From NCBI GenBank assembly GCA_963818915.1, contig CAWFTV010000015.1, positions 98,321-162,320 of the forward strand: DNA of 64,000 bases. Reading direction: 5' to 3'. The position numbers and the translations under genes are program-made. The notes beneath the pieces are model-generated. The model was not told the origin of the DNA, made no database searches, and saw nothing but the letters and a program-made list of their open reading frames with translations. This DNA is from an uncultured Acidimicrobiaceae bacterium. Lineage in GTDB: Bacteria; Actinomycetota; Acidimicrobiia; Acidimicrobiales; RAAP-2. Shown piece by piece: positions 19,239 to 29,198 of the stretch (the stretch's first letter is position 1; each line of letters opens with the position of its first letter).

Positions 19239-20003
19239 GTGGAGACCGTGGAGCAGCGCCGGGTGCGATTCCGGTTCTCGAAGATGGGGAAGGTCCGCTT
19301 CACCAGCCACCGGGACGTGGCCCGCATGTGGGAGCGGGCCTTGCGGCGGAGTCGCCTCCCGGTCGGCCAGTCCCAGGGGTTCACCCCCCACCCCCTGCTG
19401 AGTTTCGGGCTGGCGCTGCCGACCGGCTGCGAGTCTTTGGGCGAGTACCTCGATGCCCGCCTCGAGGAGACCCGGCCGGGCGAGCTCCCCTACGACGAGC
19501 TGCCCGGACTCCTGACCCCGTTGCTGCCCGAGGGGGTGGTGGTGCAGGCCGCCGGCGCCGTCCCCATGGCGGAGGGGTCCCTCCAGCAGGAGGTAGGATC
19601 GTGTGATTGGGAGTTGGAGGTGCACGGAGTGGGTGGTCGGGAATTGCAGGAGCAGGTTGAGCGGGTGCTCGCTGCTCCAAGCCTCACCATTCACCGAGAG
19701 CGGAAGGGCCGTCAGACCGAGGACGACATCCGCCCCGCCATTTTGACCCTTGCTGTAACCCACGGCAATGGGTCTGAGCAGGGGGAACACCCGATTGGCC
19801 GCCTTCGGGCCGAGCTGGCCACGCACCCGCGTGGCATACGCCCGGGCGACCTGATTTCCGCGTTGGGCACCGAGGTGGTGCTGGCGCGGGCTTGTAGAAC
19901 GCATCAATGGATCGAGCGCGACGGCGCACGGTTCGAGCCGCTTTCGGTAAGTGGGCTCGGGACCGACCCCGTCGTGGTACACGCCGCAGGGCGTGCCTCA
20001 TGA
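19239..20003 (+). CDS. radical-SAM-associated DUF2344 (TIGR03936-like) protein
   Basis: RVRFRFSKMGKVRFTSHRDVARMWERALRRSRLPVGQSQGFTPHPLLSFGLALPTG is the typical N-terminus of this family. It begins 3 nt after the radical SAM gene. Confidence 0.8.
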   Translation: METVEQRRVRFRFSKMGKVRFTSHRDVARMWERALRRSRLPVGQSQGFTPHPLLSFGLALPTGCESLGEYLDARLEETRPGELPYDELPGLLTPLLPEGVVVQAAGAVPMAEGSLQQEVGSCDWELEVHGVGGRELQEQVERVLAAPSLTIHRERKGRQTEDDIRPAILTLAVTHGNGSEQGEHPIGRLRAELATHPRGIRPGDLISALGTEVVLARACRTHQWIERDGARFEPLSVSGLGTDPVVVHAAGRAS

Positions 20004-20211
20004 ACGACGCAAGGAGGGCTCTCCCTCATGTCCGAGTCGGAGATCAGTCAGACCCACGAGGGTCCTATGACCGAAGCCGGGGGCGATAACCCCCCGGCGG
20101 ACACGTCACCACAGCCGCGACCCACAGCACGACCACAGATCGGGGACACCAGGCCGGCCCGGCCGGCCCCCGTCGGCGCGCGCGGTACCCGTCGTCGCCA
20201 CGCTGCCCAAG

Positions 20212-21654
20212 GTGGCGCCCGTGGCGCCGGTCACCCCTTCGGGTGCCTTCGTGGACAACGACGAGGCCACCGAGGACGAGGTCGGCGACGGCGACGGCGA
20301 CGGCGACGAGGGCCAGGTCAACGGGAAGCGGACGCGCCGGCGCAGCCGCTCGGGGCGCGATCGCAAGAGCAAGCAGGTGGGGCGCTACCTGGTGTGCGTG
20401 CACGTCCAGCCGGGCATGACCCAGATCGCCATGCTCGAAGGGCGATCGCTGGTCGAGCACTACGTCTCCCGGGCGGCCGACGACACCAACCAGATCGACG
20501 GCAACGTCTACCGGGGCCGGGTCCAGAACGTGCTGCCCGGGATGGAGGCCGCCTTCGTCGACATCGGGATCCCCAAGAACGCCGTCCTCTACATGGGTGA
20601 CGTCCGTTATGACCGGGACGACATCGAGGGCGGGGGATCCTCGGCGGCGCACCCCCGGATTGAGGACGTGCTCAAGGCCGGGCAGACGATCCTGTGCCAG
20701 GTGACCAAGAACCCGATCGGAGCCAAGGGGGCCCGCCTCACGCAGGAGGTCTCCCTGCCGGGGCGCTTCGCCGTGCTGGTCCCGAACAGCAGCGCCTTCG
20801 GCATCTCCAAGCGGTTGGGCGACAACGAGCGCCGCCGCCTGCGCCGCATCATCGACGAGGTCAAGCCCCCCGGCCACGGCATGATCGTGCGCACGGCGGC
20901 CGAAGGTGTCTCGGCCGACGAGCTCCAGCGCGACGTCGAGACGCTGCTGGAGCAGTGGAACGCCATTGAGGTCGAATCCAAGCGGTCCGATGCCCCGGGC
21001 CTGCTCTACCGCGAGCCCGAGCTGTCGGTGCGCATCCTGCGCGAAGAGCTCAATGCCGAGTACCGGGGGGTGGTCATCGACGACAGGGCCCTGTTCGAGC
21101 AGGTCCGCGACTACGTGCGGGCCGTCAGCCCGGAGCTCTCGGACCGGGTCGAGTACTACGACCCGGTGGAGGAGGGGCTCCCGATCTTCGAGCGGTACCA
21201 CGTGCACGAGCAGCTGCATAAGGCGCTCGACCGCAAGGTCTGGCTGCCCTCGGGCGGGTCGCTGATCATCGAGCGGACCGAGGCACTGACCGTGATCGAC
21301 GTGAACACGGGGAAGAACGTGGGCAAGACCAACCTCGAGGAGACCGTCTATCGCAACAACCTGGAGGCGGCCGAAGAGGTGGCCCGCCAGCTCCGCCTGC
21401 GGGACATCGGGGGCATCATCGTCATCGACTTCATCGACATGGAGATCCGGGAGAACCGGGACAAGGTGGCTGCCGCCCTGCGCAATGCCCTGGCCCGGGA
21501 CAAGACGCGCACCCAGGTCTTCGACATCTCCGAGCTGGGCCTGGTCGAAATGACCCGGAAGCGCATTTCGGAGGGCCTTTTGGAGACCCTCTCGACCGAG
21601 TGCGCGGTCTGCGCCGGCCGGGGCGTGACCTTGGACGACTCGGTTCTGCGGTAG
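20212..21654 (+). CDS. rne: ribonuclease E/G family endoribonuclease (N-terminal extent uncertain, see findings)
   Basis: The S1 and catalytic core are present: GNVYRGRVQNVLPGMEAAFVDIGIPKNAVLY...GRFAVLVPNS...GGSLIIERTEALTVIDVNTGK...GGIIVIDFIDM...CAVCAGRG. 20212 is the first start codon in this frame. A strong SD plus ATG at 20028 is in another frame. Confidence 0.9.
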   Translation: MAPVAPVTPSGAFVDNDEATEDEVGDGDGDGDEGQVNGKRTRRRSRSGRDRKSKQVGRYLVCVHVQPGMTQIAMLEGRSLVEHYVSRAADDTNQIDGNVYRGRVQNVLPGMEAAFVDIGIPKNAVLYMGDVRYDRDDIEGGGSSAAHPRIEDVLKAGQTILCQVTKNPIGAKGARLTQEVSLPGRFAVLVPNSSAFGISKRLGDNERRRLRRIIDEVKPPGHGMIVRTAAEGVSADELQRDVETLLEQWNAIEVESKRSDAPGLLYREPELSVRILREELNAEYRGVVIDDRALFEQVRDYVRAVSPELSDRVEYYDPVEEGLPIFERYHVHEQLHKALDRKVWLPSGGSLIIERTEALTVIDVNTGKNVGKTNLEETVYRNNLEAAEEVARQLRLRDIGGIIVIDFIDMEIRENRDKVAAALRNALARDKTRTQVFDISELGLVEMTRKRISEGLLETLSTECAVCAGRGVTLDDSVLR

Positions 21655-21666
21655 GGTTTCCCCCTT

Positions 21667-21981
21667 ATGTACGCAGTCATCAAGTCCGGTGGAAAGCAAG
21701 AGCGTGTGGCCGAGGGCCAGCGCGTCCGTGTCGAGCTGCTCGGCAAGCCCGTCGGTACGGAGGTATCCCTGCAGCCGGTCCTGCTTGTCGACGGCGACAC
21801 CGTCCTGGCCACTCCGGCCCAGTTGGCCGGCGCGTCGGTCACCGCCAAGGTGGTCGGCGAGGAAAAGGGCCCGAAGATCAACGCCATGACCTACAAGAAC
21901 AAGTCGAACCAGCGTCGCCGGTGGGGTCACCGCCAGCACTACGCCACGCTGGAGATCACCGCCATCACAGCCGCCGGCTGA
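21667..21981 (+). CDS. rplU: 50S ribosomal protein L21
   Basis: [25 protein letters not shown]...[31 protein letters not shown]. Confidence 0.97.
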   Translation: MYAVIKSGGKQERVAEGQRVRVELLGKPVGTEVSLQPVLLVDGDTVLATPAQLAGASVTAKVVGEEKGPKINAMTYKNKSNQRRRWGHRQHYATLEITAITAAG

Positions 21982-22006
21982 CGGCGAACGGGCGAGGGAG
22001 CACACA

Positions 22007-22261
22007 ATGTCAAAGACCAAAGGTGGCGGTTCTACCCGCAACGGACGTGACTCACGGGCCCAGCGCCTGGGCGTCAAGGAGTTCGACGGCACCACGGTGA
22101 CCGCCGGATCGATCATCGTGCGCCAGCGCGGCACGAAGTTCTACCCCGGCCAGAACGTGGGCCGGGGTGGGGACGACACGCTCTTCGCCACGGCCGACGG
22201 TGTCGTCAAGTTCGGCGCCCGCCGCGGGCGCAAGCACGTCGACATCGTGACCTCGGCCTAG
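22007..22261 (+). CDS. rpmA: 50S ribosomal protein L27
   Basis: [57 protein letters not shown]. Confidence 0.97.
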   Translation: MSKTKGGGSTRNGRDSRAQRLGVKEFDGTTVTAGSIIVRQRGTKFYPGQNVGRGGDDTLFATADGVVKFGARRGRKHVDIVTSA

Positions 22262-22341
22262 CAACTCCAGGGCCCGGGGGCTGGGACTCCGGCTCCGCCT
22301 GGCCCGCTCCGCCTGGCCCGCTCCGCTCCTTCTCGCCCCCT

Positions 22342-22707
22342 CTACGGGCGCGGACGCTGGTGCAACTCCACGTCGTTCCCCGACGGGTCCGTCACGAACG
22401 TCTGACGCCGGTTCGCGCCACTCACCGACGGATCCGCCAATTCCACTCCCTTGGCCCGTAGTGCAGCCACGACGGAGTCCAAGTCGTCATAGAGCAATGC
22501 GAGGTGCTGGCCCATTTTGGGCGGCACCGGGAGCTCGATGAGATGCACCTGCTGGCCCCCGGCATCGAGCCAGGCGCCGGCGATGCCGAAGTCGGGGCGC
22601 GTGGCGTCGATCTCGAGGCCGAGGACGTTGGTGTAGAAGTCGACCGCCGCCGGGACGTCGGAAACGTTGAGGGCGACATGGTCGACTCCGATGGGGGTCA
22701 CGGTCAT
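22342..22707 (-). CDS. VOC (glyoxalase/bleomycin-resistance/dioxygenase) family protein
   Basis: The internal ATG of track ORF 22342..23508 gives a 121-aa protein, MTVTPIGVDHVALNVSDVPAAVDFYTNVLGLEI...GQHLALLYDDLDSVVAALRAKGVEL...FVTDPSGNDVEL. Its start forms an ATGA overlap with the PNP stop. Confidence 0.85.
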   Translation of the reverse strand: MTVTPIGVDHVALNVSDVPAAVDFYTNVLGLEIDATRPDFGIAGAWLDAGGQQVHLIELPVPPKMGQHLALLYDDLDSVVAALRAKGVELADPSVSGANRRQTFVTDPSGNDVELHQRPRP

Positions 22708-23498
22708 GGCAGCGACACTACGACGTGGCGGATGATCTCGGCCACGACCGGTACCGCCCCTGCTCCGGCCGACGCGATGTCGGCGCTGCCCATCAAGGCG
22801 CCGGCGGCCTGGTTGGTCACCACGGCCAGCCCGAGGACCTCGGCGCCCGCATGGCGGGCCGCGATCGTCTCGAACGCCATTGACATGCCCACCACGTCGG
22901 CGCCGAGGGTGCGCAACATGCGGATCTCCGCCGGCGTCTCGAACTGCGGCCCCGGGACCTGGGCGTAGACGCCGGTGGCCACGGTCGGGACGCCCGGCGT
23001 GCCCCGGGCGTGCGCAGTCAACGTGGGCGCGTACGCCCCGACCATGTCGACGAATTCGGGCCCGCTCAGCGGGGAGCGGCCGGTCAGGTTGAGGTGGTCG
23101 GTGACCGCCATCACCGACCCCGTGGTCAGGTCCTCGCGGATGCCACCCACCGCAGCGGTGAGGATCACGGTGGAACACCCGGCTGCGATCCCGGTGCGGA
23201 GTGGGTGGACGACCTCGCTCAGGTCGATGCCCTCGTAGGCGTGGCAGCGGCCAGCGAACACCAGGACCATCTTGTCGCCGATCGGCACCGACCAGCCCTG
23301 GGCGTGGTGGCCGGTCGCCGTGTAGCGGGGGAAGAAGGGCAGGGTGGCCAAGGGGATCGACGGGCCCGCCGCGCCCAGGTGCTCCGCCGCCGTGGCCAGG
23401 CCGGTGCCCAGGATCACCAGCACGTCGTGCCGCTCGACTCCCGTGCGCCGCGCCAGCTCCCGGGCCGTGCGGGTCGCATTGTCCGGGGCATCGCTCAT
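22704..23498 (-). CDS. purine nucleoside phosphorylase (PunA-type, trimeric PNP family)
   Basis: VLVILGTGL...FAGRCHAYEG...ILTAAVGGI...VPGPQFETPAEIRMLRTLGADVVGMS. Confidence 0.88.
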   Translation of the reverse strand: MSDAPDNATRTARELARRTGVERHDVLVILGTGLATAAEHLGAAGPSIPLATLPFFPRYTATGHHAQGWSVPIGDKMVLVFAGRCHAYEGIDLSEVVHPLRTGIAAGCSTVILTAAVGGIREDLTTGSVMAVTDHLNLTGRSPLSGPEFVDMVGAYAPTLTAHARGTPGVPTVATGVYAQVPGPQFETPAEIRMLRTLGADVVGMSMAFETIAARHAGAEVLGLAVVTNQAAGALMGSADIASAGAGAVPVVAEIIRHVVVSLP

Positions 23499-23553
23499 GA
23501 CGGCACATTACGGGTCACGGGTGGCTACCGCCTGTCCGTATCATGTGAGGGCC

Positions 23554-25482
23554 ATGACCCCCTCCTCCCGCCACCCGTTGGCCCCCATCGACGCGGAGGA
23601 GATCAGGGCGGCTCGACGGATCGTGTGCGAGAGCGGCCTGGTGGCGATCCGCACCGAAGACGTGCGATTCGCCTATGTCGGCCTGAGTGACCCGCCCAAG
23701 TCGCTCGTGCACGCCTATGACCGGGGCGAGGAGGCGGTCCTCGACCGCCGGCTGCGGCTGGTGCTGTTGCAGGGGCCCGAAGCCGAGGTGGTCGAGGCCA
23801 CGGTCTCGGTCACCCGCGGCACGGTGGACAGTTGGGTCGAGGTGCCCGAGGCCCGGCCGGCCCTGCAGATGGAGGAGGCCATCGGCGTGTTGGCCGCCCT
23901 GTGGCACGATCCGGCCTGGAACGCCGCCCTGGACCGGCGGGGGATCGTCGACAAGTCGTTGGTCCAGATCGATCCGTGGCCGGCCGGCAATTTCGCGCTG
24001 GACCACGAGAAGAACCGGCGTATCACCCGCGCCCTGGCCTACCTGCGCGACTCGCCCGGCGACAACGGGTACGCCCGCCCGCTCGAAGGGCTGATGGCCT
24101 TCGTCGACATGGGGCGCGGCGTCGTGCTCGAGGTCGTCGACCTGGGTGTGGTCCCCATCCCGCCCCAGGGGGGCAGCTACTACCCCGAGGACAACGGGCC
24201 GCTCCGCACCGACCTGCGGCCGCTCGTGATCACCCAGCCCGAAGGTCCCAGTTTCGAGGTCGAGGGGAACCTGGTGTGCTGGCAGCGGTGGTCGCTGCGG
24301 GTCGTCATGGACCCCCTCGAGGGATTGGTCCTCTACGCCATCGGCTACGAGGACGGCGGCCGCGTACGGCCGGTGGTCTTTCGCGCCTCGGTGAGCGAGA
24401 TGGTCGTGCCTTACGGCGATCCCGGACCGATGCACTCGTGGAAGAGCGCATTCGACGCCGGCGAGTGGGGGCTCGGGCGTATGGCGAACTCGCTCACCCT
24501 GGGGTGCGACTGCCTCGGCGAGATCACCTACCTCGACGACGTCTTCTCCGACGAGCGCGGCAAGCCGCGCACCCGGGCCAACGCCATCTGCATCCACGAG
24601 GAGGACTACGGGATCCTCTGGAAGCACGTCGACCTGCCCTCGGGTCGCACCGAGGTGCGCCGCTCGCGCCGCCTCGTCATCAGCTCCATCGCCACGGTGG
24701 GCAACTACGAGTACGGCTTCTACTGGTACTTCTACCTCGACGGCACCATGCAGTTCGAGGTGAAGCTGACCGGCATCATGTCGACCATGGCGGTCCCCGA
24801 GGGAGCCAGCCCGGCGTACGCCAGCATGGTGGCGCCCGGTCTGGCAGCGCCGTTCCACCAGCACCTGTTCAACGTCCGGCTCAACATGGAGATCGACGGC
24901 CCGCACAACGCGGTGATCGAGGTGGACACGCTGCCCTCGCCCCTCGGCGAGGCCAACCCGTGGGGCAACGCCTTCGCCCCCGTGTCCACCCTGCTCGAGA
25001 GCGAGTTGGCGGCCCGGCGCGACGTGGACCCGTCGCGCAGCCGCTCGTGGAAGATCGTCAACCGGTCCACGCACAACGGTCTCGGCCAACCGACGGCGTA
25101 CAAACTGCTCCCTGGCTACACGCCCACGATGCTGGCCGATCCCTCCTCCAGCGTGGGGCAGCGGGCGGCCTTCGCGTCGCACAACCTGTGGGTTACGCCG
25201 TTCGCGGAGAGCGAGCGCTATGCCGCCGGCGACTACCCCAATCAGCACCGCGGCGGGGCCGGGCTACCGGCGTGGACGGCCCAGGACCGCTCGGTGGTGG
25301 ACACCGATATTGTGGTGTGGCACTCGTTCGGGGTCACCCACATCCCCCGGCCCGAGGACTGGCCGGTGATGCCGGTCGAATCCTCCGGCTTCAGCCTGGT
25401 CCCGTTCGGCTTCTTCGACCGGAATCCAGCACTCGATGTACCGCCCACCGCGGCAGGAGAGGTCCATTGCCATGCCGAATGA
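23554..25482 (+). CDS. copper-containing primary amine oxidase (topaquinone enzyme)
   Basis: The TPQ precursor motif TVGNYEYGFYWYFYLDG is present, with copper His motifs FHQHLF and VVWHSFGVTHIPRPEDWP. The ATG at 23554 (or GTG at 23545) lies downstream of the divergent PNP start. The track start at 23344 overlaps PNP. Confidence 0.9.
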   Translation: MTPSSRHPLAPIDAEEIRAARRIVCESGLVAIRTEDVRFAYVGLSDPPKSLVHAYDRGEEAVLDRRLRLVLLQGPEAEVVEATVSVTRGTVDSWVEVPEARPALQMEEAIGVLAALWHDPAWNAALDRRGIVDKSLVQIDPWPAGNFALDHEKNRRITRALAYLRDSPGDNGYARPLEGLMAFVDMGRGVVLEVVDLGVVPIPPQGGSYYPEDNGPLRTDLRPLVITQPEGPSFEVEGNLVCWQRWSLRVVMDPLEGLVLYAIGYEDGGRVRPVVFRASVSEMVVPYGDPGPMHSWKSAFDAGEWGLGRMANSLTLGCDCLGEITYLDDVFSDERGKPRTRANAICIHEEDYGILWKHVDLPSGRTEVRRSRRLVISSIATVGNYEYGFYWYFYLDGTMQFEVKLTGIMSTMAVPEGASPAYASMVAPGLAAPFHQHLFNVRLNMEIDGPHNAVIEVDTLPSPLGEANPWGNAFAPVSTLLESELAARRDVDPSRSRSWKIVNRSTHNGLGQPTAYKLLPGYTPTMLADPSSSVGQRAAFASHNLWVTPFAESERYAAGDYPNQHRGGAGLPAWTAQDRSVVDTDIVVWHSFGVTHIPRPEDWPVMPVESSGFSLVPFGFFDRNPALDVPPTAAGEVHCHAE

Positions 25483-26164
25483 ACCGGCGCACACACCCCA
25501 GGAGTTCCACCCACCGGTCGAGGAGTATCTCGAGACGATGCTCTCCTTGTCCGAAGAAGGCATCCCGGTCATTCAGGCGCGCATCGCGGAACGCCTGGGC
25601 CGGGCGGCCCCTTCGGTCTCCGAAATGCTCGAACGGCTCATTGAGGACGGCTACGTCACCCGCCAGGGCAGGCGACTGGATCTGACCGAGAGTGGCCGTG
25701 CCGTGGCGGAGAAGGTGGTGCGCAAGCACCGATTGGCCGAGCGCCTCCTGGTCGATGTCATCGGGTTGGAATGGCACAAGGTGCACCGGGAGGCGGGCCG
25801 CTGGGAGCACGTGATCTCCGACGCCGTCGAGGCCCGCCTGGTGGACCTGCTGGGCGATCCGGCCACCTGCCCGCACGGGAACCCCATCCCGGGATCGCAC
25901 TCGGCGGCGGCACCCGAGAGCACCCGCCCGTTGGCCGAGGTCGGCTCGGGTGAACGGGTGCGCCTGGTGCGGATCAGCGAGGAGGTGGAGCTCAACCTGG
26001 GTTCGCTGACCCTGTTGGGCGAGGGGGGATTCATCCCGGGGGTCGTGGCCGTGGTCGGCCGGCGCGACGGGGACGACAACCTCGAGGTGCAGGTCGAGGG
26101 AGAAGACGAGACCCTCCGTCTGTCCCCGGACCTGACCGACCGCCTCTTCGTCGGCGTTCCGTGA
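25472..26164 (+). CDS. DtxR/IdeR/MntR-family metal-dependent transcriptional regulator with C-terminal FeoA/SH3-like domain
   Basis: VEEYLETMLSLSEEGIPVIQARIAERLGRAAPSVSEMLERLIEDGYV...RKHRLAERLLVDVIGLEWHKVHREAGRWEHVIS...CPHGNPIP. The ATG at 25472 overlaps the amine-oxidase stop by 11 nt. Confidence 0.88.
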   Translation: MPNEPAHTPQEFHPPVEEYLETMLSLSEEGIPVIQARIAERLGRAAPSVSEMLERLIEDGYVTRQGRRLDLTESGRAVAEKVVRKHRLAERLLVDVIGLEWHKVHREAGRWEHVISDAVEARLVDLLGDPATCPHGNPIPGSHSAAAPESTRPLAEVGSGERVRLVRISEEVELNLGSLTLLGEGGFIPGVVAVVGRRDGDDNLEVQVEGEDETLRLSPDLTDRLFVGVP

Positions 26165-26168
26165 CGGC

Positions 26169-27477
26169 GTGACCACCCGGTTGGTCGCCGACACCGTGTT
26201 CACGGTCGACGACGACGAGCACGTGTGGCGCCCGGGAGCGGTGGAGTTCACCGACGACCTGATCACCTGGGTGGGCGACCCCCGCCAGATCGCCGCCGGT
26301 CCCGGACACCGAGGTCAGAGAGCTCGGCGGTCTCCTCATGCCCGGCCTGGTGAACTGCCACGGCCACTCGCCCATGACCCTGGTGCGCAGCGCCGGCGAC
26401 GGGTTGCCCCTCGACCGCTGGCTCTCCGAATCCGTCTGGCCCCGGGAGGCCCTCCACGACGACGATGACGTCTTTTGGGGCATGACGCTCGGCGCCCACG
26501 AGCTTCTGTGTAACGGGGTGACGACCACCTGCGAGCAGTACCTGCACCCCGGGGCGGTCGCCGCCGCCGCCCTGGCCTCGGGCATCCGCTGCGTGCTCAC
26601 GCCCGGGGTGTTCGACGCCACCGGCATCGACCCGACCGGCACCTGGCAGGCCCACCTGGCCGAGGCCTGCCGCATCTTCGACGAGATGGACGGGCGCCAG
26701 GGGCGGCTCCACGTCGGCTTCGGCCCGCACGCCGCCTACAGCTTGCCCCCGGACGGTCTGTCCGCCGTGGCGCAGGAGGCGCAACGCCGAGACGCCATGG
26801 TGCAGATCCACCTCTCGGAGACCGAAGCCGAGTGCCGGGTGGTCGAGGAGCGCTACGGCATGAGCGCGCCCGCCCTGCTCGCCTCGTTGGGCGTGTTCGA
26901 CGGCCCGGTGCTCGCCGCCCACGCCGTCTGGCTGGACAGCGCCGACATGGCGGTGATGGCCGAGCACGACGTCGCCGTGGCGCACTGTCCCGGCAGCAAC
27001 GGGAAGTTGGGCTCGGGGGTGGCCCGGCTGACCGAGATGCTGGACCGGGGGATCCGCGTCGGCCTGGGCACCGATGGGCCGGCGTCGAACGACGACCTGC
27101 ACCTGTGGGACGAGATGCGCCTGGCCGCCATTCTGGCCCGGGCCACGGCGGCGGATCCGGGCGTCGTCAGCTCGGCCACCGCCCTGCGGCTGGCCACCCG
27201 GGGCGGCGGGGAGGCGCTGGGCCTGCCGGTCGGTGCCCTGGAGGTCGGCCGCCCGGCCGACATCATCCGGCTGCGCACCGACGACGCCAGATTCGTGCCT
27301 GCGCTCAACGACGCCGAGCTCCTCGGGCACCTGGTCTGGGCGGGTGCCGGCTACCTGGTGACCGACGTCTGGGTGGGCGGCGAGGCCATGGTGACCGACG
27401 GCCGCAGCGTCCAGATCGACGGGGAGCGGGCCCGCGACGAGGTGGGGGAGCGGGCCCACCGCCTTTTTGCGCCGTAA
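26169..27477 (+). CDS. amidohydrolase of the MtaD/TRZ-ATZ type (adenosine/MTA/SAH-deaminase-like), interrupted by an apparent frame change near 26291-26301
   Basis: Frame 0 (26169 onward) gives MTTRLVADTVFTVDDDEHVWRPGAVEFTDDLITWVGDPRQIAA. The next frame gives VPDTEVRELGGLLMPGLVNCHGHSPMTLVRSAGDGLPLDRWLSESVWPRE...HLSET...HAVW...GTDGPASNDDL. Together they make a normal N-terminus plus metal-binding HxH core. Confidence 0.8.
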
Positions 27478-27623
27478 AAGCGCCAGCTGACAGGGTCATC
27501 TGCGGACCACCCTTCTCGGGTGTCCGATCAGTCCGCTGGCGCGGCGACCGGTTCTTGTTTCTTCCCGCGTTGGTGTGACGGTCCATGAGTTCGATCTGGC
27601 CCGACGGTGCGGTCCGCGAAGAG

Positions 27624-29111
<1,488 letters not shown>

Positions 29112-29198
29112 ATGAAAAGGGTACAGAGGGGGTGTATTACGACCGGGTGGTGTTCGACGAGGCCCTTGACTGCATGCCGGGGCTTAAGCTCGAGCGAA

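Noticed and set aside
20028-20600. 190-aa ORF as an independent gene
   Set aside because: Beyond about 20200 it overlaps the RNase E/G S1 domain out of frame and becomes Arg/Gly repeats. Only its first 50-60 codons are plausible; see the RNase E finding.
22291-22325. 14-bp direct repeat (ctccgcctggcccg x2) in the convergent rpmA/VOC spacer
   Set aside because: It has two copies only, lies between two stop codons and forms no hairpin, so no function can be argued.
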